Notes under the pieces: model-generated | Database searches by the model: none | Seen by the model: the letters and a program-made list of their open reading frames with translations, nothing else | What the model was told of the DNA's origin: nothing | Shown: positions 1 through 12,270 of the stretch, piece by piece | Position numbering within the stretch: the first letter of the stretch is position 1 | Layout of the letters: every line of letters begins with the position of its first letter | Translations under genes and position numbers: made by a program | NCBI RefSeq assembly: GCF_006345805.1 | Contig: NC_043000.1 | Coordinates: 32,984,001 to 33,048,000, forward strand | Reading direction: 5' to 3' | DNA from: Octopus sinensis | Taxonomy: Eukaryota | Length of the DNA: 64,000 nucleotides

Positions 1-117
1 GAAATTTTCTACAAATAGGCTTCAGACGGTTTTAATTCCTATTATATTGGAATTTGTGGTGAAAATATTTTTTTTCCGAGGGTGGGATGGAGTGTTTTTT
101 AAAAGTTTACGTGTCAA

Positions 118-548
118 CTTTGCTCCCTCATAACTTTCAGAAAAATGGGTAATTATGAAATTTCCTACAAATACTTTTTTGTAGATTACGATTAAATCAG
201 AATTTAATAGGAAAAATAAAATCTGGCTGGCTCGTATACATACATACTGACACACAACTCATATACATACCTATAAAATGAAGCTTGAAATTTCGAAAAA
301 AACATAAACGTACTCTACACACTCTAAAAGACATTTGAAGAAAAATTCATTTAAAAATTCACATTTTCCTGAAAGATACGAGGAAACAAAGCCAACTCGT
401 GTATATTTTCCGAAACTCGCTACCCAACCTTCGGAAAAAATAAATAATTTCACATTAAATTCTGATATAATCGCAATCTGTACCATCTGGAGAATATTTG
501 TAGAAAATTTTATAAGTACCCATTTTTCTGGAAGTTAGAGGAAACAAA
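118..548. repeat. Degenerate inverted repeat (old foldback/MITE-like remnant)
   Basis: About 118-208 (tttgctccctcataactttcagaaaaatggg...aatcagaatttaat) is the approximate reverse complement of about 453-548 (attaaattctgatataatcg...ttctggaagttagaggaaacaaa), with many mismatches. Confidence 0.5.
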
Positions 549-1392
549 ATCGGGAGTGAGGTGGGGTGGGGCGCCGTGTACGTACACCATGGTAGGCCCT
601 GACTGAGCTTTTGACATGAGGGGTTTTGTTAGTTTGTATCTAAGTTGCACAGAGTAACACTGACGGAAGGTCTTGAACAAACAGGGACGTATTTTAAGCA
701 TATATTTTTAAGACAACACAGGAGGGACAGATTTTAACAATATTTTAGTTTAATGCTATCGTACACACACGCATATATATTTATATTATAAACACATATT
801 TGTTTACAGTCCTATCAATTCCTGCAAAGAGTGACCAGCGGTGGTTATACACTGGCATTAGCAGAATTGTGATGTACGACTTGTTTGAAATTGGGCTGAA
901 GCGATTTCAGAAAGTTTAGCTCTAGATAAATTCTACAGAGAAGAAAAAAAACCCAACACCATTAAATAATTATTTCTGTGACATAAGCAACGAAAAGAGA
1001 CAACTAACCAAGAAATAATTATTTCAATTAAAATTCGAACAAATAACAACTTACCAAAGATTTTCGCGGAATTTTTACGAACACCAACTTCTGAGCTTTC
1101 TGATTGGTCAGAGTGATTAACGACTTTAAATAGAAGAAGTTAGTTTTCAAGGGAAGTAATATTAATCACGGTGGAATCCTCTTCATGGTTATTCAATATA
1201 GAAATAGCAGCCGAATCTTCCTTGAATAAGACGCCGTAATCTCTCTCTCTATATATAATCTTAAATAAAATACTATAAAAATAAAAAGGGAAGACTCGAT
1301 GGTTAAACTAGTCCTAGGTAGACTATGCACAGAAAAATAAAAAGAAGACAGTCGGGACTGGACAATGGCAAAGCGAGAAGTTTCAGTGACAT

Positions 1393-1820
1393 CGAGCTGG
1401 CAGAATCGTTAGCGCACCGGGCGAAATGCTTAGCGGTATTTCATCTGCGTTACGTTGTGAGTTCAAATTCTGCCGAGGTCGACTTTGCCTTTCATCCTTT
1501 CGGGGTCGATAAATTAAGCACCAGTTACGCACTGGGGTCGATGTAATCGACTTAATACCTATGTATTGTTCCCTATGTTTGTCCCCTCTGTGTATTGTCC
1601 CCTATGTTTGTCCCCTCTGTGGGTAATAAAGAAATAGGTATTTCATCTGGCGTTACGTTCTGAGTTCAAATTCCGCCGAGGTCAACTTTGCCCTTCATCC
1701 TTTCGGGGTCGATAAATTAAGTACCAGTTACGCACTGGGATCGATGTAATCGACTTAATCCCTTTGTCTGTCCTTGTTTGCCCCCTCTATGTTTAGCCCC
1801 TTATGGGCAGTAAAGAAATA
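1393..1820 (+). mobile_element. tRNA-derived SINE family A, partial head-to-tail dimer
   Basis: Head gagctggcagaatcgttagc and B box gagttcaaatt(c/t)cgcc; shared body cctttcggggtcgataaattaag; the second monomer restarts at ggtatttc (about 1637). Confidence 0.85.
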
Positions 1821-2100
1821 TATATTTTGTTTAGGTTATTTCTACAGATATTCTATATTAATAAAGTTATGAAACTTAGGAGTCCACAAGCATTCATAAG
1901 ATTCTCACAATAATTAATTCCCATTTCTGTAATGTTGAATGGATCGAAAGTAAATGAGACGATACACTTGGCTACATTTAATAAATTCACCAGTTATTCT
2001 CCAGTTATGTAATTCTAGGATATATTGGCACGACTATCATGGAGATATCGCCGGCAGAAGCAGACCCGTTCTATCAACTATGGTAGGAAAGATCTATAGC

Positions 2101-2350
2101 TTTTAGTTGTTTCAGGCACTGAACCGCGGCCATGCTGGAGTACGGCCTTGAAGGGTTTTAGTTGAAGAAATCGACTCCAGACTCGGTTTTGTTTTGGTGG
2201 GGTTTGATACATATTCTATCGGTTTTTTTTTTGCCGAAGCGTTAAGTTAGGATTAAGCAGTGGCGTGGGGGAGGTGTTTTGGTGGCACATGCGCACGCAC
2301 ACACACACACACACACACACACGCACGCACGCACACACACACACACACGC
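2101..2350 (-). mobile_element. SINE family B, degenerate 3' portion
   Basis: gcggccatgctggag...attctatcgg...ttgccgaa matches the reverse complement of the family-B tail seen at 25085 and 60102. Confidence 0.65.
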
Positions 2351-2433
2351 ACGCACGTGTGTTCGGGATTGAAACCGTACTGTTTTGGCAGGCGGTCCTT
2401 TGTTTCGCAACACAAAACGGAACGCTTTAATAT

Positions 2434-2757
2434 TGTGTGGTAAGTAGCTTGCTTGCTTACCAACCACATGGTTCCGGGTTCAGTCCCACGGCGTGGCACA
2501 TTGGGCAAGTGTCTTCTACTATAGCTTCGGGCCGACCAAAGCCTTGTGAGTGGATTTGGTAGACGGAAACTGAAAGTCTGCGTATATATATATATACGAT
2601 GTTGGTGTGTTTACGTACTCGTAATTTAGCAGTTCGGTAAAAGAAACCGATAGAATAAGTACTAGGCTTACAAAGAATATGTTCTGGGGTCGATTTGTTC
2701 AACTAAAGGCGGTGCTTCAGCATGGCCGTAGTTAAATGACTGAAACAACTAAAACAA
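2434..2757 (+). mobile_element. tRNA-derived SINE family B (internally deleted)
   Basis: tgtgtggtaag...ggttccgggttcagtccc head; ttgggcaagtgtcttctactatag...gtagacggaaactgaaag body; ggcggtgct(c/t)cagcatggccg tail. Confidence 0.85.
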
Positions 2758-3514
2758 ACTTGTCTTAAAATAACAAAATTGTCAAAATTCTATGGAGATA
2801 TATTAATAAGAAAAAGTTAATTTTTTTTCCTTCGAAGGTTATATTTATGAATTCAATCTCTCGTAACTTACAAGTTTTTTTAAATAAAGAAATCTATATT
2901 CTATATATTTATTACTCCAATATTTTAATTAATAAAATTTTAATTAAGCTAACATTGCTAATAAAGACAAAAACCTCCAATTTTAGTAAATCAACAGTTC
3001 AAGGGGAGTAACTCTGATTGTTTCTAATCAACAGCTGTTTTAGTTAAAACGTTCCCTCTGGTGAAAACTTGTGGTTTTCGGTGTTCATGGAAATAGAAAC
3101 CCGTCAATATTCCTTGTTATTAATTGTTATTACTTGAAATGTATTGAGTTGTTTCAACCACTTTTGCAAAAACGGTTTCGCGCGTCATGCTTACATCTTG
3201 TGCTTCTCTCAACTTTATTGGTCGTACTAACCAGTTTCCCCAAAATATCTGTAACTTCTTTCGACAGATATCTACACTAAGACCAACTTCAACATCTTTG
3301 TAGCTCTCTCTACAAATAATAAATTACTGCTTCTTTGTAGATGTATATATCTATATCACATACTGATTTCTTGTAGCTGTATATATATATATATAAATTA
3401 CCGAAGATATACTTGTTGCTTATTTTGACTATAATCACCCCATGGATTTATATGGATAATACCATACAAAATTCTGGTGCCTTTGACTAAAGTACCATAT
3501 TCATCTGAATCTAA

Positions 3515-3930
3515 ATTTTGCTGCATCATCGTTTAACGTCCGTTTTCCATGCTGGCATGGGTTGGACGGTTCGGCCGGGGTCTCGGAAGCCAGGAGGCTG
3601 CACCAGGCTCCAGTCTGATCTGGCAGTGTTTCTACAGCTGGATGCCCTTCCTAACGCCAATCACTCCGTGAATGTAGTGGGTACTTTTTACGTGCCAGTG
3701 CCACAGGTGCCAGTCGAGACGGCGCAGGCATCGGCCACGTTCGAATGGTCCTTTTTACGTGCCACAGGCACGGGTATCACAACTACAATTTCCGTTTGCT
3801 TTTTATATTGATGTTGATATACATGACTCAATAGGTCTCCTCAAGTACAACAGGTTGACCTACGATCCCAGGTAAGCACAGCAGGCCGTCCTCCGATCCA
3901 TGAACTCACTTCATTTGTCAGATCTTCGCA
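3515..3930 (-). mobile_element. Probable RTE-related non-autonomous retroposon
   Basis: catcatcgtttaacgtccgttttccatgctggcatgggttggacgg is the reverse complement of an RTE-type 3' end with a (GAT)n tail; ctggatgcccttcc motif, with a related motif at about 35310. Confidence 0.45.
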
Positions 3931-3959
3931 GTCTACGTACGTACTCAGTTATATATGTA

Positions 3960-6480
3960 TGTATGTCATTATTCAACTTATTTCAAGATTTCTTGCCAAT
4001 AGAGAAAGAACCGGTTTCTAACCTAGATTCAAGGTTCCTTCATTGGAATTTCAACATCAACAACAGGGTATTTTTGTTTGTTTGTATGTATGTATGTATG
4101 TATGTATGTATGTATGTATGTATATATATGTATGTATGTATGTATGTATGCATGTATGTATGTACGTATGTATGTATGTATGTATGTATGTATGCTCAGA
4201 TTTGTATGTTCTGTTTTATGTATGTTTTGTTTTTGTGCATCAGGTACTTGGTTGATATATCCTTGGTTGATGTATCCTGTTCCTGGATTGCAAACGCATA
4301 CCCTTCAAAGTGGGAGGTAGCAATCCGGCTGTTGGTCCATGATAAACAGCTTTGATGATCAATGTTACTCTCATCTCGGAGCTTTCTTCTAACATATCTA
4401 TGTATAGTCTTCTGTTCATATATTCTCATACTTTCATCTGATGATACGTTGCGGTAGATTCGTGCCAATTCTTTGAGCATGTATTCTAGGTTATCAGCTC
4501 AATGAGCTGCCTTCCAAGCCTTATGATGTTATCAGCCTCATGTATGCAAATTTGGTCAAGGGATGCACTTCGACACTTGGTGGTTAAAGATGTTTCCGAA
4601 GGAATATGATGCGACATTCAAAGGCATTTTGGATCGATGTTAAGCCTCTGCCACCTTGTTTCGTTTTAGGTAGAGGCGGTCTACGTCACTGTTTATGTGG
4701 ACATTATGTGTGCTTGTTAGTATTTTTCAGGTTTTTACATCAAGCATCCAATCAAGCAGCCCAAATGTTGGTATGCTTACTGGCACTGCAAATATTTTGT
4801 GGGCTATTGTTTTATTGAATGCAGAGAGTTCTGAGGTCCAAATTTTCTTTATTCGGCTGTAATATTCTTTAGTGACACGCGTTTTGTTACAGGTGCCATT
4901 TGTAAGATATGTTTTCATCCACCCCTAGATACCTGTAACATTCCTGGTCAGATACAGAGAAACAGTCAAATCATTAATGGAGATGTTACTAGTCTGGTTT
5001 ATAGTTTTCTCTCTTTTCACAACCATATAACAACATTTATCATGACCAAACTCCAATCCTACATCCTTTGAGAATTTTGCAAATAGGTCAAGGCTCTTTT
5101 TCATCTCATGCATATTCTTTGCATAAAGTTTTTAGTCATCCACAAAGAAACAATGTGTAATTTTGGTATTTCTGTTTCCTTGTGAACCAGTGAGATATCA
5201 TTCAGACTTCCTTAACATGAATGACAAGGGGTTTACAGAAATTATAAATAACATCACAGAGAGACTGTTCCTTGGAATATGCTTTTGCGTATCGCAAAGA
5301 CATATCGGTGAAAATACAGTCACTCTTTGTGATGGTGGCCCACGATGAAGTCAGGTCAGCTATGGCTTTGAATTCTTACTGGAACTTTAGCAAAATGAAG
5401 GGCTTCAGGCATCCATGAGTGGGGAAAAGAGTCAAAGACTTTCTTGTAGTCTAGTCACATTGAAACTAGGTTCCTCCTACGCTCTCGCACCTCTGACATC
5501 ACAGTTTCGTTGATTAACAATTGCTCGATCCATCCCCAGACTCCCTTCTTCCCAGCTGCTTGTTCTGCTGTGATAATGTTATTGGCCTCACAACGGTCTA
5601 GGAGAAAGAGGTTTAAACATGCTGTATATATCTTATATATTAAATTCTGGTATGCAATTGGCCGGTAGTTTTTTGCCATGTGGGTGGTTCTGCATTTGGG
5701 GATCAATTTTGTCTGCCAGAGCTAACCAGTGTGGCATGCTACTGCTCCCAATGAAAGCTTGCTGGTACCGATTGATAAGACATGGTCAGTAGAATGTTAG
5801 CTTCTTGTACCAATATCCAACAATCAAGTCTCTTCCGGGTACTTTTCGATCCTGGAGTTTCTGGATCACAGTTGCAAGAGTTTCACCATCAATGTTGTAT
5901 TGTCTTGGATGTAACGCAGGAGCAATAACTTTTTCGGATTTCTTCCAGCCACAGAGCATTTTGGTTAAATTCCTTTTCTTCACTCCAGATTTTCCTCCAG
6001 AAGAAGTCTATGTCTTCTCGTGAAGGAGCTTCTGTGAGGTTCACTGCTCCTCCTCTCATGTCTATGTACACTACTGCCTGGTTGCGGTTAAATTTTTTGT
6101 CTATTTTTCTTCTTTCGGTTATTCTCTTCTGATGTCGGAGTTTGTCACCGACATCCTTTAGCTCCTGTTTGAGGTCAATCAGTTTGCAAGCGAGAGTCCT
6201 CTTTTTGTTGTCTTCAAACATCACTTCTATCTCCTTCTGTACTTTCTGTTGGTGGGACGTATAGTGATTTGCTTGTTTGCATGCAATAAGCATCATTACA
6301 TCACTGATGGTCTTCCGTAAACCATTTATCTTTTTCTCTGTCTTCAAAACCCATGATGGTACTTTCTTTGTTATTTCGGTTTTGTTTACTTTTTGAATAT
6401 CGTTCATGTAGTGTTTTACAGTAGTAGCCTGAGCATATAGACAGGCGTTAAGTTGCCAGAATGTGGGTTCATCACACTGT
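3960..6480 (-). mobile_element. Degenerate R4/Dong-like (RLE-type) non-LTR retrotransposon
   Basis: Broken ORF pieces: KNYRPIAYQNLIYKIYTACL...EQAAGKKG (RT), FGHDKCC, KKIWTSELSAFNKTIAHKIFAVP, EGYAFAIQEQ; many stops and frameshifts. Confidence 0.8.
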
Positions 6481-6584
6481 CTGTCTGTCTGTATGTATGT
6501 GTGTGTGTGAGTGCGTGCGTGCTTGTGTGTGTGTGTGTGTGTGTGAGAGTGAGTGTGTGTGCCTTGTGTGAGTGCGAGTGTTAC

Positions 6585-6850
6585 TAGTAACACGTAACCC
6601 AGCACAATCAGTTGCATGGTCGGCCCGTCCGTGACTAAACCGGCCATCCTACCAAGTCTGCTGAGTAGGGAGGGTGGTTTTTCGTTGGACATCTGCAGGA
6701 CGTAAAACAAAACCCGTCAAAGAGCGGATGAATTCAGTAGAATCACCGACCATTCAACACCTAGGAGTGAGAGACTCTTGACCATTCCCAGTGAAGGACC
6801 CTTAGTACTCATTAGAATTTCCTTCCGGAGAAGGTAAAATCATTAAAAAA
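6585..6850 (-). mobile_element. Diverged copy of the dispersed module also at 22024 and 61298
   Basis: Reverse complement contains ctttgacgggttttgttt...cctgcag(g)atgtccaa...ccggtttagtc...ccgaccatgcaac...tgggttac(g/a)tgttac. Confidence 0.7.
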
Positions 6851-7229
6851 TTTTGGAGTGCTGTTGGTTTTCTAGTTGTCTCAAACTCTGTTCTGTCCCG
6901 GCTTTTCTGGTTGATTGTGCCGCAAAGCAGGTTCAATGCTGTGCAAAACTTTATCCACTCAAAATAAACTCACAAGCAGGAACTTCTTGGACTCTTGCGA
7001 TGGGTGCCAAATGAAGCATACAGGCCTAACAAGTTGGGAGTAGCCCTTTTCAAGGATGGCATTGCTAATTTTTGCTGGCAAGAGGGATCTAGAACAGGTG
7101 CCATAACCAAACTGGTCAGCTCCTGGGGGTGGGGGTGAATTACAAATGCTCAACAAACCTCTGAGTTGAGTCGTGAACAAATGAGATATTCGAAAAGATC
7201 AAATCTTAAGATCTTGAGCTAGAATGTAC

Positions 7230-8260
7230 GTATCCTTTTAGACTTGTCACGATCAACTCATCCTGAGTGCCATACCGCTTTTATGTGTAAGGAATTATCT
7301 CGATATAGTTGCATTCTCACAATCGAGGCTTTCCGTTGACGGTCGTCAGTTGGGAGAACTAGACTCTGGCTTGACCTTACTTTACAAGCGAAGATCAGAC
7401 AATCTACATCGAGAAGCTGACGTTGGTTTCGCTGTTAAAACACATTCAAGGCAGCATTTGACAGAACTTCCACTAAGTTTCTCTGAACGTTTAATGACGG
7501 TTGTTGCAACTTAACTCGAAATAACGACCGTGATTAGTGTTTGTGCGTCAATTCTTGTCTGTTCTAAGGATGGTGATCTGAAGACAGTTCTGAGAACTGT
7601 TGATAAGAATGATAAACTTGTACTTCTGGGACAGGACACCCGAATGCGCATGTAGGACGTGATTCTGCGGAGTTGTATAGAAAATCTTGGAATGAAGAAG
7701 TGCGACACAAATGGGTTATTCTTGCTACAGGTATGTCAGGAGTTAGACCAAGCGATAATCAATACTTGGTTCAGGTAAAAGGATTAATATAAGGCTACCT
7801 GGAAGCGTCCACGTTCAGGTCATTGTCACATTCTCGATAATATAATTACTTGTAGAAAACACCTGTCAGGTGTAAAATCTGTCCAGTGGATGCACGCGCG
7901 CGTATAATGATTGATTGACGGTCCTATGCTCTTGCGTACCTGCATGGCGATCCCTATTCCTGAAAAACTGAGGTGTGGCGGCGCGAAGGTATCCAAGCAG
8001 ACTGATGTTTCTAAATTAAACTGCACTGGAAAACTTGGACAGTACCAAGAAACAGTTGAAGCGATCGATCTAAATTACAACGGTGTTCCATACTTAAGTT
8101 TTATTGAATAGCTCCATGAAGCTGCTTCCTCTGTGCTGGGATTTATGGAAAGGATTGGCTTAAAGGAAACAAAAGACTTGTAATAAAGTCGTTGGAAGAA
8201 AAGGAACTGACACTTGACCAATTGCTCTCTTGTTCTGTGTTGGGATGTGAACGCTATAAC
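7230..8260 (+). mobile_element. RTE-clade LINE, AP-endonuclease region remnant
   Basis: Degenerate frames give ELSRYSCIL, VGFAVK, SERLMT, DKLVLLGQD, NGLFLLQVCQE, TWKRPRSGHCHILDNII, typical of RTE APE domains. Confidence 0.7.
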
Positions 8261-8267
8261 TTGGAGA

Positions 8268-8495
8268 CGAGCTGGCAGAAACGTTAGCACGCCGGGCGAA
8301 ATGCTTAGCGGTATTTCGTCTGCCGCTACGTTCTGAGTTCAAATTCCGCCGAGGTCGACTTTGCCTTACATCCTTTCGGGGTCGATTAAATAAGTACCAG
8401 TTACACACTGGGGTCGATGTAATCGACTTGATCCATTTGTCTGTCCTTGTCTGTCCCCTCTGTGTTTAGCCCCTTGTGGGTAGTAAAGAAATAGG
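8268..8495 (+). mobile_element. SINE family A, full length with 13-bp TSD
   Basis: Full head to aaagaaataggt tail, flanked by direct repeat tataacttggaga (8255-8267 and 8496-8508). Confidence 0.92.
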
Positions 8496-9120
8496 TATAA
8501 CTTGGAGAAAGGTTTTAAACAGTGCGAGTGTTGTGGGCAGCCGAGGACGCGTGATGGTGAAAAAAAGCCCACGAAAATTTAGACATCTGCTGACAAACGG
8601 GATTTGAAATTTCTGAACCAGCCAGCTGCATGCAGTCTATGGCCCACCATCCTTCGTCTTTGCACCTCTGCGATCAAAGACCGGTACTGCACTGCTAAGC
8701 AAGCGAGGCAAGATCGAAGCCAGGTGATGGCAGCATTTTGGCATTGTCTTGTGTGGTAAGTCTTGCGTGCTTGCGCACCTGTGTTGTGAAATACATTGAC
8801 TTGTGTCTCAATGCTGGATGAGTATCTCTTTGTTGCGTGTGATAAGTTTCTTTCTATGGCTGGATGTTCTCCTACCACCAACCCTACATACAGCATGGTG
8901 TCAGCGCTCAAGAGAGATCATCTGTGGTAGGACTAAAGATTATCCTGATCCAACGCTGCTGCCATTCAGATCTTCCGTTTCTGACAGACATTTTACGGAG
9001 AGATGCCCCTCCCTTTACCAATTTCTTCATAGCTGGAACTGAGGTGCTTATTAGTGGAATAGTAGTGTGATGGTAAACAGCCAGATTCGAGAAATCGTGT
9101 TGTTGAATGGTTAAACACCA

Positions 9121-9121
9121 G

Positions 9122-9182
<61 letters not shown>

Positions 9183-9453
9183 AGGGAAGGAGAGAGAGAG
9201 AGATGGAGGGAGAGAGAGAGATGGAGAGAGAGAGATGGAGAGAGAGAAGATGGGGAACATGTCGAACAGCCACTCCGTGTATGTTTTATAATGTTTAACG
9301 CGAGGACAATGAATGATGAGTTATTTATACGAATATATATTATTGATAGGATGATGCAGGTGACGTAAACAGGAGCCAGAAGTTCTATACGATACAGCAT
9401 AACAAAATATCTACCTACCTACCTACCTACCTACCTACCTACCTGTCTGTTTG

Positions 9454-9509
<56 letters not shown>

Positions 9510-9582
9510 CCTACCTACCTGTCTGTCTGTCTGTCTATCTACCTACCTACCCACCTGTCTGTCTATCTATCTAACTACCTAC

Positions 9583-9617
<35 letters not shown>

Positions 9618-9780
9618 CCTACCTGTCTGTCTGTCTGTCTGTTTGTCTAGCTATCTACCTACCTACCTATCCGTCTGACTGTATATCTATCCATGCATAC
9701 ATACATACATACATATATACATACATACATACAATACATTAATACATACATACAATACATGCATGCATCTATCCATCCAT
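9121..9780. repeat. Compound microsatellites (GA)n, (CTAC)n/(CTAT)n/(CTGT)n/(CATA)n
   Basis: Direct tandem repeats at 9121-9250 and 9410-9780. Confidence 0.9.
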
Positions 9781-10286
9781 CCGTGTCTTATAGTATGTTG
9801 TTCAAATCCCACCGTCTCGTATGAACTTTGCCTTTCATTCTACAAAGGCTGCAACCAATGAAATAATTCCAATTACTAAAGACTATTTAACCCCCACCCC
9901 ACCCCTCCGCACCCACTCTCCCCACCATCACCAGGGACTATGACATCAAGTAACACCAACCATCTTACTCGTGTTGTCTGAAGAAAACACCCCAAAACAC
10001 CCAAAGAACACCGGGAAGTTTTCTTGTTTTTTCATCTGATCCAATTCTCCAAATTCGTTTCTCAATTTGTGGACTGATCCTTCACTCCCACTCTCTCCAA
10101 AATAAAAGTGACTTGACCATACTATTACTCCCCTATGCGCTAAGCACACACCAACCAGCAAGACTCACCAACAAAATTAAAGGTAGGCTCCAAAATGAAA
10201 AGCCCCAAAAATGAAAACAAAAAAACATCAGAAAGATAAAGAGAACTAATGGATCAGTTAAAAGACAGCCAGCAGCCAGCAGCAGC

Positions 10287-10675
10287 GGAGGCGCAATGGC
10301 CCAGTGGTTAGAGCAGCGGACTCGCAGTTTCGATTCCCAGACTGGGCATTGTGTGTTTATTGAGCGAAAACACCTAAAGCTCCACGAGGCTCCGGCAGGG
10401 GATTGGTGGCGACCCCTGTTGTACTCTTTCGCTCCACCTTTCTCTCACTCTTTCTTCCTGTTTCTTGTCCCCGACTTCCTACGCAACCGCTGAGCCTGGA
10501 TGCGCATTCATCCATCCGTCGATGCTCTCGGTGTCGGGGGTTGACCTCCTTTCTCTTCTGCGGGTCTTACGAATAGCAAAGGACCACGTTTCAGACTTCT
10601 CCCATTACAGAGGCGCAATATTGCGAGCTCTGGGACGAAGACCGCTTCGCTCAACAGCAGCAGCAGTAGCAGCCC
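10287..10675 (+). mobile_element. tRNA-derived SINE family C
   Basis: A box tggcccagtgg and B box gtttcgattccc, about 390 nt body, flanked on both sides by cagcagcag runs. Confidence 0.7.
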
Positions 10676-10999
10676 TTCCCGGAGCAAATAACTAGTGTTG
10701 AAAATGCAGCACCCTCAGAACTACATTGAGGTTTATCATTAATGCCCAAAGTCTTTTATTCCTTTCCAGAAAAAAAAAAGCATCAGGCCACTGTTTATTC
10801 TATTGGCCATTTATTGATGAACACAACATCCTTCACAACGACGCCAAAGATATAGAGGAGATTCCACAGAACTGATACTGCCCTGTCTTCAGAAATCTTG
10901 ATGTGGTTGACTTAATTGAAGTAAATCATCAACATATCCCTCCTGGCATAACTTTTGGTAATGAGGACATCATTGCAACAGCGTTTAATAGAATTAAAC

Positions 11000-12270
11000 A
11001 ATGCATTCTGGCAAACAACTCCCTACTTGAGCGCCACAAAATTAAAGACGATTTGGAGAAGGAAGACATGGAATGTGGAAAAGCCTTTGGTCGGTCATAA
11101 ACTCAGAGAAATACAATCAGACACTTGTGGCAGAAAGGAGGAAGAAAAAGCAGGGACTTATAACACTGGAGGAGAATAGTGTCAGAGGGCAAACTGTTGA
11201 GGGTTACAATCTAGATTTATGGCTGGTACAAAGTCCCATCTTGTGGTTAGATGAAGTGGTGGCAGAATAATACTGTAGGCAGAACCATAAGAGACAAACT
11301 TCGGGAGAAGGAATTAAGAGGGGCAGCGTGGAAAGTATGAAATAATTTGAAGTAAAATGTCAGGTAGACTTTGCAAGGGAAAAGGCAGAAAACTTGAGAT
11401 TTTCCCATGTGAGGATCAGGAGTGCGAAGTGCTCCCGTTTGTCAGGCAACAGTTTACTTGAGATGTTGTTGGTATTTTCGATCAATAAGACTATTTATTG
11501 ATACAAGGTAAATGTTAAGAAGTTTATTCCATGTGTCAACAAGCACCACAAAAACAGTGTGCAATTTACTCGGACAAATTTAAGGAGGGAAAGCAAGCAA
11601 AACATATAGTATATTTAATGGACTTTATTGAATTGTGGAACTCAGAATGAATGTGTGCCTTAAATAGGGAATTACAAAGAACGAGTGAAGAAGATGAGTT
11701 AGTGCAGGGTTAGGGTTCGGGTGAACACAGCTGAAGCGATGGCAGGGGGTGGGGTATCGCATGGATTGGGAGTGTGTGAATGTTAATTCGATGAGAGAAT
11801 CGAAGATTGTCATGTGACTCGATTCTTTTGTGGCTGAATATTCCACTGCACTGTACCTGTCATGATGACTACAACAACGAGGACGATGTATAGAAACGTG
11901 TATGCTCCCAGGAGAAAAAGCCATTGGAGTTGTAGTGAAAAGGACAGAAGGCGGCGGAGGAGGAGGAGGAAAGAGCAGGTCCGCGGGTGAGAGGCTGAGG
12001 TACGTGGGTGAGTGGCTTTAAATTAATCAGCCGAGTGGCCTTTTATTTGAATGAAGTCTTGGATATCTGTATGTATAGCACCGTCCTCGATATGGGAGCC
12101 AAGCTCTGCTGTAGGCCTCCTCACCTGAGGACTGTAGAGGGTCGTCTGCGGTTTGAAGTATTTTTAGGGCTGTGAAGTTGAAAGTCAATCTTTTTATGAT
12201 TTCGTTTCAATTAAGGATGTGCGTTAGCCAGGAGAGATCCGTCGTAATATTAAGGGCCAGCATCTAATAC
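11000..12270 (-). mobile_element. CR1-like LINE fragments (RT C-terminus and APE/linker pieces)
   Basis: Minus-strand remnants LALNITTDLSWLTHI...KKATRLIN (RT end) and APE-like HDRYSAVEY...PTPCHRF; highly degenerate. Confidence 0.5.

Noticed and set aside
3900-4355. Long ORFs such as [22 protein letters not shown] throughout the window (also 58113-58769, 45958-46379, 48484-48927)
   Set aside because: They are translations of stop-free di- and tetranucleotide microsatellites with no domain content or splice support.
10287-10350. tRNA genes suggested by A/B boxes (also 2434, 29983, 31947, 50225)
   Set aside because: No complete cloverleaf; each continues into a multi-copy SINE body.
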